The translations under genes were made by a program, and so were the position numbers. Shown piece by piece: positions 38,216-46,820 of a DNA stretch of 64,000 nt. This DNA comes from an uncultured virus (IMG/VR IMGVR_UViG_2061766007_000682) (Duplodnaviria; Heunggongvirae; Uroviricota; Caudoviricetes): the IMG/VR virus record IMGVR_UViG_2061766007_000682; one strand, written 5' to 3'. The notes beneath the pieces were generated by a model. It did not search any database, was not told where the DNA came from, and saw only the letters and a program-made list of their open reading frames with translations. Position 1 is the stretch's first letter. Every line of letters starts with the position of its first letter.

Positions 38216-38256
38216 AAAGGAGATTGGATGAAAAATCTGATCTCCTGATCTTTTTT
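38216..38256 (+). terminator. Type D hairpin AGGAGATT.GA / TC...TCTCCT
   Basis: Related hairpins at 42641 and 45539, partial at 37881. Confidence 0.75.
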
Positions 38257-38285
38257 GCCTAATTATATTTAAGGAGGTGATTGAT

Positions 38286-38396
38286 ATGGCAGATTGTAAA
38301 TCTTGTAGGCATCATACGATATGCAATATTATATTTAAAAGTAAAAAGAATCCTTTTTGTAAGCAGGAGGTAAACAACCATGTCACATACAGTTAA
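38286..38396 (+). CDS. Small Cys-rich protein (36 aa)
   Basis: RBS AAGGAGGTGAT; CKSC....C....C. Confidence 0.5.
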   Translation: MADCKSCRHHTICNIIFKSKKNPFCKQEVNNHVTYS

Positions 38397-38558
38397 TACA
38401 GCAGTAGCAAAAAGATGCATATGTGGAAGCATTCCTGTAGTAAAACCTGCTTCAAATGAAGGCGTCGCATGTATAGTAGAATGCATGTTTTGCGACGTGG
38501 ATAGTGTAATCGGATCTAATAGGCATAACGCAATTCAGGTATGGAATGAAATGATAGA
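38380..38558 (+). CDS. Lar-like zinc-ribbon protein (3' end in gap)
   Basis: CICG..P...C..C...AI..WN. Confidence 0.55.
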
Positions 38559-38717
38559 NNNNNNNNNNNNNNNNNNNNNNNNACGCAAAGTATTTAGCAC
38601 CAAATCTGTTCAACACTTATGATGATTGGTATAATAATTATGTCAAAGATTTAGGTAAAGAGCCAGACGAGTCATTAGTTGAAGAGGCAAAGTTATATTT
38701 TAAGGAGGATAAGTAAA

Positions 38718-39056
38718 ATGGGATACAGACCATACATTTATATCAAAGAAGAAGGATGGCCGTCCGGCATAGAATTATCAAAGTTCTACGGATATGTGGA
38801 TCATAAAGAATGTAAATCGATTACCTGGCTGTTAGATCATGAAAAAATAGAAGACCCTTATACATTTTATGCAGGTGAAGGTCCATATATCGAATTCACA
38901 GCTGAAGAATTCAGAGAGTGGTTTGAATTATATTGGTCCGATATAGCCGCATACAGAGAGATACACAACATGGAACAATATGATCCATATGATGAATATC
39001 CGGAGTTAAAAGACATTTACGATGATGATAGATCAAAGATGGTAGAATGGGGGTAA
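38718..39056 (+). CDS. Hypothetical protein
   Basis: RBS AAGGAGG, tightly packed ORF. Confidence 0.7.
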   Translation: MGYRPYIYIKEEGWPSGIELSKFYGYVDHKECKSITWLLDHEKIEDPYTFYAGEGPYIEFTAEEFREWFELYWSDIAAYREIHNMEQYDPYDEYPELKDIYDDDRSKMVEWG

Positions 39057-39062
39057 TAACAT

Positions 39063-39737
39063 ATGAAAAAAGATGATATTCTTGTTACGTACGGACCAGA
39101 AGGTGGAGACTGTACACGACCGTATTATATTCGTTTGAACAGACAAGACATTACAGTGCAAGAGTTTATTGATTTTATCCTAAAAGAAGCATCCGGTGAA
39201 TGGGGAACTATAGACGTAAGAGATGTAGATAAAATGACACCCGATAAGAAATATACGGTCGAATACTCTCATGGCGAAATTAAATCACAAGTCGGAGATC
39301 CGGATTGGCTATCGGCAACAATAACTAAGATGCGCGGACAAGGAGGCTGGTCATGTAGTGACTTTATGCTAACGGTAAAACCTGCGGCATCGGAAACCAA
39401 AGAGCCAAATGATCCACCCACAATTCCAAAGCAAAAGGTTCTTGTTGTATGTCGAACGGAACATCGCCCTGTGGATTATATTTCATCACAGAAACTTGCT
39501 AGTAATACTGAGATTCATATAACAAGTAAGATTTATAAGGATTACACTACTGTAATAGGTGTATGCGAATACCATGGAGATGAAAAAGAGGCTCTATCAA
39601 TTAAGATGATAAAAGACGATAAAGAGTACCTCATTTCAAAGCATGGCAGTAAATGTGTGAATGATCCTGAATATTGTTATCGTAACAAGAAATTATATTT
39701 TGAGTATTCGGTTAGTATGATGGAGGTGAAGAAATAA
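39063..39737 (+). CDS. Hypothetical protein
   Basis: 224 aa ORF in operon. Confidence 0.7.
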   Translation: MKKDDILVTYGPEGGDCTRPYYIRLNRQDITVQEFIDFILKEASGEWGTIDVRDVDKMTPDKKYTVEYSHGEIKSQVGDPDWLSATITKMRGQGGWSCSDFMLTVKPAASETKEPNDPPTIPKQKVLVVCRTEHRPVDYISSQKLASNTEIHITSKIYKDYTTVIGVCEYHGDEKEALSIKMIKDDKEYLISKHGSKCVNDPEYCYRNKKLYFEYSVSMMEVKK

Positions 39738-40087
39738 TGGAACGTGAAACGTGTCCGCAATGTGGTGCTGCAATAACGGAAGAAAAGTGTCCTTATTGCG
39801 GAACTTTATTCTACGACTTCGCGTGCATAGATTTAAAAGAACCGTTTTGGATAAAAATTAAAGATGGTAATAACATAAGACGAATGAAGGTACGTTTGCA
39901 AGGAGCTCAATATACGGTTGGCTGTCCGGATACTAGTATAGCATATTGTGATAATGAGCCTATATACATGATGACCAGTCCTGCTACGCACGAGTTTAAC
40001 ATGTCGTTTATTGTGTTACCAGATGATGGCATTCTTGCTAAAATAGTAGATACGGACGTGATAGACAAAGATACAAAAGCGTGGTGA
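39737..40087 (+). CDS. Zinc-ribbon protein
   Basis: CPQCGA...CPYCG; TAATG coupling. Confidence 0.75.
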   Translation: MERETCPQCGAAITEEKCPYCGTLFYDFACIDLKEPFWIKIKDGNNIRRMKVRLQGAQYTVGCPDTSIAYCDNEPIYMMTSPATHEFNMSFIVLPDDGILAKIVDTDVIDKDTKAW

Positions 40088-40097
40088 GGAGGATAAC

Positions 40098-40249
40098 ATG
40101 TTACAAGTAAAATGTGATGTTTGCGGCAAAGTTTTAGATATGAACGATCATAACACAATATTTTTTAAAGCAAGATTTCAACAAGTATACCATTTTCGGT
40201 TTTCCGGAGAAAATGCAACTTCTTTATCCGATTATGGTATTAAAGACAA
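40098..40249 (+). CDS. Zinc-finger-like protein (3' end in gap)
   Basis: RBS GAGGAGG; KCDVCGK. Confidence 0.55.
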
Positions 40250-40554
40250 NNNNNNNNNNNNNNNNNNNNNNNNNNNNNNNNNNNNNNNNNNNNNNNNNNN
40301 NNNNNNNNNNNNNNNNNNNNNNNNNNNNNNNNNNNNNNNNNNNNNNGAAAAAAATATTGTTTTAATAGTGCAGATGGAACTACTAAATGTATTAAAGGAA
40401 GATGCCCGTTCGTTGATATCCGTAGCTGTAGTTGTGCATTAGGTTTATTTATGAATAGACATATTAAAGAACCAGAATCTGATTACCCATTCGATCCTAA
40501 TGTCCCTGAAATGGGACAGTTGTAATTATATATTTGTAAAGGAGAATAATTAAC

Positions 40555-40948
40555 ATGAGAAAGAAAACATATTATATTTGTTTAGTTCTTGTACTTATTA
40601 GTATTTTTGCTGTCGGTTGTGAACAGTCAGATAAGGTAAGATACAATTTGAAGAAACAGGCTGACAATTTTAATCTGGTCAGACGAATCACAGTTATCAA
40701 CTGTATAAAAGGTGATACTATATTTCAAATGACTGGAAAAATGTCTATTGAAGTAGACGAAAGTGAAAATCAGTTGGAAGTAACTGTGGAGGATGGTGGA
40801 TCATNNNNNNNNNNNNNNNNNNNNNNATGTTACTTATGTGATAGAGGATCTGAATCTTGGTGCAAATGAAGTGAGCAATTACAAATACACATTGGTGTAT
40901 AACCCAGAGATGTGGATTCCTGTGGATGGACCTGAGTATGTTGAATGA
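40555..40948 (+). CDS. Phage lipoprotein
   Basis: Signal peptide with AVG-C lipobox; ADNFN..RRITVIN; frame joined across gap to TGA at 40948. Confidence 0.7.
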
Positions 40949-41196
40949 TGTAATTTTGTTAGTTATACTTATTGTAGTTTTACTTGCTTTGTATCGTGAA
41001 GGATTAAGTAAGTTATAAAATATTGAAAGAAGGTGATGAAAAGTGAGTGAGGCAGTTTGGATACACAAAGGACTGTATGGAAATGGAACCGCATTTGCAC
41101 CTTTTATGGATTTATATGAGTGTTCTAATTGCAAGGCTCTTTCTGTTGTACTTTTTGATGAATGCCCGGAATGTCATTTGAATATGAAGAAAGAAG

Positions 41197-41562
41197 GTGA
41201 AGAGAATGGAACTTGATAGAAGATTTGACAAAATGTACTTTGATGCAGAAAAAAAGAAAGCTTTGGAATCTGATTTAGAATCCAATAACGAATCGATGAT
41301 ACAAAAAATGGTAGAGAGTTTGGTTAAAGCAGAAGAGGAACTTAAGTATATAGAGCTTCGGAATAAAGGAATCATATCTGACGTTGTGCTTGTCATGAAT
41401 CCAGGACATAAAGGAGTTATTGAACAGGCATTATATTCTGCAGGTATAAAAAAGATTCCTATCATTTATGTTGATTATGTAGAGCTTGATAAAGCATACG
41501 CGATTACAGATAAGCACTTAGTTGAAAATATTAAGAATAATCTGTCTTGGGAAGAATGGTGA
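41197..41562 (+). CDS. Hypothetical protein
   Basis: 121 aa ORF in operon; start uncertain. Confidence 0.65.
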   Translation: MKRMELDRRFDKMYFDAEKKKALESDLESNNESMIQKMVESLVKAEEELKYIELRNKGIISDVVLVMNPGHKGVIEQALYSAGIKKIPIIYVDYVELDKAYAITDKHLVENIKNNLSWEEW

Positions 41563-41568
41563 AGAGAA

Positions 41569-41799
41569 ATGAGTAGAGAATATTTTCTTGAGGACCCACT
41601 TCACCCTAATGGCGGTATTACCATAAAGTGCAGAGACGAACATGATTGTGTTTTCTGTGAGCATTGTACAGATGTATTTTGGGATTATACAAGTCTCATT
41701 TACATGATTTTTTGCAATGAAGATCATGACCCTTGGACCAGACCATGTAAACAGTTTAAAGAACGAAGTGTAAAGGACGGTGAAAAAGATGAAACATAA
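41569..41799 (+). CDS. Cys-rich hypothetical protein
   Basis: CVFCEHC...C...C..F. Confidence 0.65.
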   Translation: MSREYFLEDPLHPNGGITIKCRDEHDCVFCEHCTDVFWDYTSLIYMIFCNEDHDPWTRPCKQFKERSVKDGEKDET

Positions 41800-42136
41800 C
41801 ATTTGCCCTAATTGCGGTGCTGCTATGATACTTAATGGTTATAGATGGCATTGCGATTATTGTGGTACAGAAGTCGATGACATGGGACAAATAATTGTAC
41901 GTGTCGAGAATCCAAAAATTAAGGTCGCTGCTTCGAAGGTTGCCGTCGATAGAATGATACTTGAATTATACCCTGAAGAAGTAGAAAAGCATGCTAAAAT
42001 GGAAACATGTAGGCAATTAGCTGAGTTTCTATTCGAGAATGATCTCGTGGATTTTGAGGAAACATTCGATCCTGTATTAGCTCAACAAGTATATTTAGGC
42101 AAATTCAGATACGTAGACAAAGGAGTAAAACTATGA
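41789..42136 (+). CDS. Zinc-ribbon protein
   Basis: CPNCGA...CDYCG. Confidence 0.75.
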   Translation: MKHNICPNCGAAMILNGYRWHCDYCGTEVDDMGQIIVRVENPKIKVAASKVAVDRMILELYPEEVEKHAKMETCRQLAEFLFENDLVDFEETFDPVLAQQVYLGKFRYVDKGVKL

Positions 42137-42360
42137 ACATCGCTATACTAATTATATCCATTCTCATTCTGCTTGGTTCCATATTTTCATTTCTTATGTT
42201 CACTGTATTGTACTACGATCTGTACAAACGGACACAAGACATAACCAAACAACTGCAAATTATATTTAAGCAGAATGGTAACATGTTTAAAAAAGTAGAG
42301 TACATCGAAGATCAACTGATACAGAAGGAGGCTGAAAGATTGTCAGTTGATAAAAAATAA
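42133..42360 (+). CDS. Single-TM protein
   Basis: N-terminal hydrophobic helix, RBS AAAGGAG. Confidence 0.65.
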   Translation: MNIAILIISILILLGSIFSFLMFTVLYYDLYKRTQDITKQLQIIFKQNGNMFKKVEYIEDQLIQKEAERLSVDKK

Positions 42361-42373
42361 TCCGCTAATCGAA

Positions 42374-42403
42374 TTCGCGCGAAAATATGGTCCTCTTATA
42401 GAT
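42374..42403 (+). promoter_or_regulatory. TTCGCG-N17-TATAGAT element
   Basis: Same spacing as array elements; heads a solitary cassette. Confidence 0.75.
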
Positions 42404-42429
42404 AACGATATTAAAAGGAGGATGAATTT

Positions 42430-42618
42430 ATGAGAGATAGTTGGATTCGTAAGATCATCGTTGGAATAGCTGTGCTATTATCTATGATATTGGTTGCTAC
42501 AGGAGTAGCCTGGTGGATTGCCGGGGCTCTCTGGTCGACCTTTATTTGGGTATTAGTGGCCGCTGTACCCACGATCTTGGTAATCAAACTCATCAGAAAG
42601 ATTGCGAAATCTGCTTGA
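42430..42618 (+). CDS. Two-TM membrane protein (solitary cassette)
   Basis: RBS AAAGGAGG; followed by type D hairpin 42641-42679. Confidence 0.7.
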   Translation: MRDSWIRKIIVGIAVLLSMILVATGVAWWIAGALWSTFIWVLVAAVPTILVIKLIRKIAKSA

Positions 42619-42681
42619 TGAAGTTATCTACCAAAACAAAAAGGAGATTGGAATTATATTCTAGTCTCCTGATCTTTTTGA

Positions 42682-42861
42682 GTTTTAGAAGCCTTAGTGA
42701 GGTGGCCGGTTTTGCCGTAATTNNNNNNNNNNNNNNNNTGGTTTGTTGTTCTCCAGTAAGTATCTGTGGTGCCTGAACGATACTTACACTAAAAGACGTA
42801 TTATATTTCCACGTCTATAAAAAAAGATTTCGACCGGCCATCTCATTAAGGTTTCTAAGAC
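42682..42861 (+). ncRNA. Putative structured ncRNA, copy B (~180 nt)
   Basis: 42682-42710 pairs with 42833-42861 (29 of 29 pairs, 4 G-U); internal hairpins GTAAGTATC/GATACTTAC and AGACGT/ACGTCT. Confidence 0.7.
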
Positions 42862-42890
42862 AATTATATTTAAGTTAGGAGTGTGAAACT

Positions 42891-43202
42891 ATGACTGAAT
42901 TAGAAAAATTGATACTTCAGAAAAAGGAAATCGAGAACAGAATTCAAGAACTGAAGAACAGCAGAAAGTGCTATGGGAGTGGCAAAGTTCTTAAAAGAGA
43001 ATTTGTGGACCGACCATGTGGAAAAACAATAAAAATTTCATTAAAAACACGTATAAACCGAGAGTATAAAGTACCTACTAGTAGATGGTTTGTTCTCTCA
43101 GAAATGAGCATATCAAAGGATAAAGATGTATATGAATATCTCGAAAAAGTACGCGATGCTTTAAACGAGTATTTAGACGAGCATAATGAAGAGGAGGAAT
43201 AA
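42891..43202 (+). CDS. Hypothetical protein
   Basis: RBS AGGAG; coiled N-terminus. Confidence 0.65.
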   Translation: MTELEKLILQKKEIENRIQELKNSRKCYGSGKVLKREFVDRPCGKTIKISLKTRINREYKVPTSRWFVLSEMSISKDKDVYEYLEKVRDALNEYLDEHNEEEE

Positions 43203-43206
43203 AATT

Positions 43207-43407
43207 ATGTATGCAGTAATTAGTGAGTACTTCAATTTTAACAATCCGGAGTATAATGAATGTGATATTATCAGTTTTCACGTTACTTTGGATTCTGCTA
43301 AGGAAAAGGTTAATATTCTTAAGTCTACTGACGAGTATGTTAACCTGACAGAGCATGAGAAGGTAATTCTTAGAATTGTTAAGATGGATGTTGTTGAGGA
43401 GGCATGA
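43207..43407 (+). CDS. Hypothetical protein
   Basis: RBS GAGGAGG. Confidence 0.6.
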   Translation: MYAVISEYFNFNNPEYNECDIISFHVTLDSAKEKVNILKSTDEYVNLTEHEKVILRIVKMDVVEEA

Positions 43408-43410
43408 TGT

Positions 43411-43692
43411 ATGAAAATTGCAATTAATAAGTGTTACGGTGGTTTTGGTCTTAGCGATTTCGCATGTGAAAAACTTGGTTGTCATCCATATGATTATGAT
43501 GCCCGGTCAGCAAGAGCCAACGAGAAGCTTATTGATCTTATGGAAACGTACGGATCTGAGAAATGCAGTCGTAGCTGTGCAGCTCTTGTTATTGTAGAAA
43601 TCCCGGATGAGACTACCGATTGGGAGATTAATGAGTATGATGGCTTGGAAACGCTTACATACATAATCGACGGTAAAATCCATCATGTATGA
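43411..43692 (+). CDS. Conserved-type phage hypothetical protein
   Basis: INKCYGGFGLS...VEIPD...W.I.EYDG.E motif familiar from phage early genes. Confidence 0.75.
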   Translation: MKIAINKCYGGFGLSDFACEKLGCHPYDYDARSARANEKLIDLMETYGSEKCSRSCAALVIVEIPDETTDWEINEYDGLETLTYIIDGKIHHV

Positions 43693-43705
43693 GGAGGTGT
43701 AATAT

Positions 43706-43870
43706 ATGACTGACAGAGAAGCACAGATTATCATTATTAACATGATGTCAAAGACTAATGACATTAAAGAAATCGAAGCCTTGGCAACTGCATCTGCTGC
43801 TCTCAGTCTTAAAGAACAGTTTGTCAAGAGATTGAAACAGATGAAGGAGGATAACAATGAGAGCAGTTAA
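43706..43870 (+). CDS. Hypothetical protein (54 aa)
   Basis: RBS GAGGAGGTG; MT..EA...EAL..A..AL pattern. Confidence 0.6.
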   Translation: MTDREAQIIIINMMSKTNDIKEIEALATASAALSLKEQFVKRLKQMKEDNNESS

Positions 43871-44045
43871 GTTTTACAATTTGAATCCTGGAGATGAATT
43901 TAAACTGAATCGAGTAAGGGATAAACGAGTATTCAGACGAGAAGAAGAAGGCGCTACAACAATTCTTGATAAAGACGGTAAACCTTGTAGGCACGATTAC
44001 AAGATTTATCCGTCAATGGTTTCGGTGGTTTGGGTCGAAGACTAA
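43857..44045 (+). CDS. Hypothetical protein
   Basis: RBS AAGGAGG; F..L.PGD.F. Confidence 0.6.
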   Translation: MRAVKFYNLNPGDEFKLNRVRDKRVFRREEEGATTILDKDGKPCRHDYKIYPSMVSVVWVED

Positions 44046-44069
44046 TTATATTTGAAGGAGATGATCGAT

Positions 44070-44528
44070 ATGGATGAAAACAAACAAAATATGTACGTAA
44101 CTAATGTTAGAATCTGCCGTTACATGCTTATGGTATTTGAGGTCGGCATGATTCTAAGTATCTTTGCCATGCTTAAGCCATTGGCAATTATATTTGCAGC
44201 TTCATTACTTGTTATACGAGTATATCAGATGTTTACCATCGACAAGCTAGGACGGAAACTCGGACATGACAAGGCCAGAGAAGTTCTTGATTCCGATGAC
44301 TTTTCTCAAGCAGCGGAACTTGGAGAACAGGTCATAGGAGGGAAATATCCATTCACGAAATACCTTTTAGTTGCTGAAGGTATTACAGTAATGTTAACTG
44401 CATTGGTGACAGTATTCTGGATTGGTATCCTACCAATTATATTTGCGGCCATTGATGCTTTCATTACTGTTCTGTTTTACATAGTAATTATTAAATCAGC
44501 TATTGATATTAAGAAAGGTAGGTTTTAA
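44070..44528 (+). CDS. Four-TM membrane protein
   Basis: Two pairs of hydrophobic helices. Confidence 0.7.
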   Translation: MDENKQNMYVTNVRICRYMLMVFEVGMILSIFAMLKPLAIIFAASLLVIRVYQMFTIDKLGRKLGHDKAREVLDSDDFSQAAELGEQVIGGKYPFTKYLLVAEGITVMLTALVTVFWIGILPIIFAAIDAFITVLFYIVIIKSAIDIKKGRF

Positions 44529-44530
44529 TT

Positions 44531-44782
44531 ATGATTAAGATTTGTGACATTTGTGGAGCAAAGTTGGACACGACAAACCCGGAAGTAGATGAGGATTTCG
44601 AGTATAAGAATTATTCAATCATCCGGGTACGAACGGAGAATAGGAATCCTAGTAAACAGGCAGCCTATTATTCGGAAGGAGCACTTATGGCATGCGCTAG
44701 ATGCATGAAGAAACACGTGTTTGACATGCCATTTGGTGAGGTCATGGATCGTATGGTTGATAGAGTTAATAAGGAGGGATAA
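44531..44782 (+). CDS. Zinc-finger-like protein
   Basis: CDICG...CARC. Confidence 0.65.
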   Translation: MIKICDICGAKLDTTNPEVDEDFEYKNYSIIRVRTENRNPSKQAAYYSEGALMACARCMKKHVFDMPFGEVMDRMVDRVNKEG

Positions 44783-44783
44783 T

Positions 44784-44975
44784 ATGGAACTTCAAGATTG
44801 TAAATGCGGAAGAAAGCCATGTGTCAAACGATCGAAGCAAATCCGATTCGGTAAAGCATTTTTAAATGAAACCGAGGACTTTACTCGGATTTATTGCAGG
44901 AAATGTAAAGACAAAGCGGTAGTAAGCTTTATCGGTTATGATGCTGCTGTCAAAGCATGGAACGAAGGAAGATAG
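44784..44975 (+). CDS. Lar-like zinc-ribbon protein
   Basis: MEL..CKCG..P...C..C...A...WN. Confidence 0.6.
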   Translation: MELQDCKCGRKPCVKRSKQIRFGKAFLNETEDFTRIYCRKCKDKAVVSFIGYDAAVKAWNEGR

Positions 44976-44988
44976 GAGGATTATATTT

Positions 44989-45219
44989 ATGGACAATCCT
45001 GAGATCGTGAAGGCTGTGCCATGTCATTCATGCGGTAAACAGCCTCACACATTTAAATACAGAGACACCGATGATGGTGAACAACGATTTGAGATTTGGT
45101 GTGCTACGATGAATTGTGGAGAGCCAATTGCTATCAAGACCAAGGTTAGCATGCGTGAAGCAATTATATTGTGGAATAAGGCGCAGGCGGAGAAATCGCA
45201 CGAGAATCTACCGTCTTAA
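44989..45219 (+). CDS. Lar-like zinc-ribbon protein
   Basis: PCHSCG..P...C....C...EAI..WN. Confidence 0.6.
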   Translation: MDNPEIVKAVPCHSCGKQPHTFKYRDTDDGEQRFEIWCATMNCGEPIAIKTKVSMREAIILWNKAQAEKSHENLPS

Positions 45220-45224
45220 TAGAA
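45195..45224 (+). promoter_or_regulatory. ATCGCA-N17-AATAGAA element
   Basis: Variant of the array motif upstream of 45258. Confidence 0.6.
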
Positions 45225-45257
45225 CTATATTAGTGTATTTAAAGGAGGAATGTAAAA

Positions 45258-45530
45258 ATGGCAAACGATTTTAGTTTTGATGAGCAACAGGCATTAGAAG
45301 AACAGAAGCATCGCAATAAGATGAAAGAAATTCTTTTGCAGAATAGATGCGACAAGAATCTGGAAACGATGAAAGCTGATAATCAGCAGAAGCTCGAAGA
45401 GCAGAAAGCTAAGACAGCTAAGAAGATCNNNNNNNNNNNNNNNNNNNNNNNNNNNNNNNNNNNNNNNNNNNNNNNNNNNNNNNNNNNNNNNNNNAAGAAA
45501 TGTACCTCGGGAGAAATGAAAACTAAATAG
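45258..45530 (+). CDS. Coiled-coil hypothetical protein (solitary cassette, gap)
   Basis: RBS AAAGGAGG; followed by type D hairpin 45539-45576. Confidence 0.65.
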   Translation: MANDFSFDEQQALEEQKHRNKMKEILLQNRCDKNLETMKADNQQKLEEQKAKTAKKIXXXXXXXXXXXXXXXXXXXXXXKKCTSGEMKTK

Positions 45531-45602
45531 TATCTAAAAGGAGATTAGAATTATATTCTGGTCTCCTGATCTTTTTGAATTTTTATTAAAGGAGATGATT
45601 TT

Positions 45603-45923
45603 ATGAGTAATAATGTTGATGGTATGAAGTATACAGAAGAAGAAGCTAAGAGACTTAAAGCCAGAAGTGAAGATCTCATAGAAAACATGAATGATATGAG
45701 TGTCAATGATATTATTAATGAAACTGCCAATATTCTTTCCGATGCTATGTTAGCTTCAATTGACGGGCTGTTCATTTCATTTGGTATGGATAATGTGCCT
45801 GGACGTGAACGATTGTTTAATGCTGTCGTTCAGAAGGTGATCAATGGTATTAAGGATCGTGAGAAAAATATTGAAATGTATTATGGATCTAAGGATTCTG
45901 ATGATGTTTTCAATGTCCAGTGA
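45603..45923 (+). CDS. Hypothetical protein
   Basis: RBS AAAGGAG. Confidence 0.65.
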   Translation: MSNNVDGMKYTEEEAKRLKARSEDLIENMNDMSVNDIINETANILSDAMLASIDGLFISFGMDNVPGRERLFNAVVQKVINGIKDREKNIEMYYGSKDSDDVFNVQ

Positions 45924-45931
45924 GGTGATAT

Positions 45932-46399
45932 ATGATACTTAAAGATTATATTAAGAAGCATCCGGGTGAGATGGTTAAGATCGGAATGAAATCTGGATTC
46001 TGGTATATGGGTCGTCTTGGCAAGCTTGATGACAAATTTGCTACGAACGTTGATGAGCAATTAAAAGCTGAATCTGAAAAGAGGAAGAGAAAAGACGAGA
46101 AACAAATGAAAGTCATGCGTAAACTTTTAAAAGAGCATTTCGAGAACGAAAAGATGCATGACGATACAACACTTCGTAATCTGTGTGATCAGTATGTGGT
46201 AGCTAGTGATGGAGCTGTTGACGAACGAGTATATTTGACTAAGTATACTCCACTGATGGAACGGGAGATTGTTGCTCAATATCGTGAAGTAGTCAGCAAT
46301 GAGAAGTATATTTGGAATTTCTTAATCTTGGAAGGAAGCGAGACATGTAAGTATTATTTGTATAATGAATGGCTTAAAGATAATGATGAAAGGAAGTGA
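45932..46399 (+). CDS. Hypothetical protein
   Basis: RBS GAGGTGAT. Confidence 0.65.
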   Translation: MILKDYIKKHPGEMVKIGMKSGFWYMGRLGKLDDKFATNVDEQLKAESEKRKRKDEKQMKVMRKLLKEHFENEKMHDDTTLRNLCDQYVVASDGAVDERVYLTKYTPLMEREIVAQYREVVSNEKYIWNFLILEGSETCKYYLYNEWLKDNDERK

Positions 46400-46617
46400 T
46401 TATCATGAGCAAGTCATATCGTGGTTATTATATTCAGTGGAGTGCTTACGAGAACTGTTATCAGGTAAGGAAGTACCAAGTTGGATATAGTAATAGGTCT
46501 ATCGTTGTAGCTCGTAGAGAGTCTGAAGGTGAAGCCAAGATGTTTATCGATGACACCTTGGATGGAACGACAAAGGAAGACGAATATGAAAGAAAACAGG
46601 TCAAAGGAGGGATTTAA
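46396..46617 (+). CDS. Hypothetical protein
   Basis: GTGA overlap with the upstream gene. Confidence 0.6.
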   Translation: MIIMSKSYRGYYIQWSAYENCYQVRKYQVGYSNRSIVVARRESEGEAKMFIDDTLDGTTKEDEYERKQVKGGI

Positions 46618-46788
46618 ATGACCAAAGGATTCAGTAAGATCGTGAATTTTGAGAAGTGTAGAACTTGCCAATTCAAGGATACATCTCCCGATGAGGAACC
46701 GTGCGATGAGTGTTTGTCCAATCCAGCTCGAGATGGAGAGGAATCTCATACACCAATTAACTACAAACAAGTTGAAACTAAAAACTAA
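46618..46788 (+). CDS. Small Cys-rich protein (56 aa)
   Basis: RBS AAAGGAGG; C.TC...EEPC.ECL..P. Confidence 0.65.
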   Translation: MTKGFSKIVNFEKCRTCQFKDTSPDEEPCDECLSNPARDGEESHTPINYKQVETKN

Positions 46789-46820
46789 ATAATTATATTT
46801 GAAGTTAGGAGTGTGATAAT

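Larger units (their letters stand above)
33931..38256 (+). repeat. Array of single-gene cassettes delimited by repeated hairpin plus TTCGCR-N17-TATRRAA junctions
   Basis: 13 visible CGCR elements each downstream of a hairpin/T-run; six copies of the AAGGACGCAGAGTAATCTGCTCCTTA family. Confidence 0.9.

Noticed and set aside
33931..38256. CRISPR array interpretation of the repeats
   Set aside because: Spacing is irregular and far too long, intervening DNA is coding with RBSs, and no cas genes are present.
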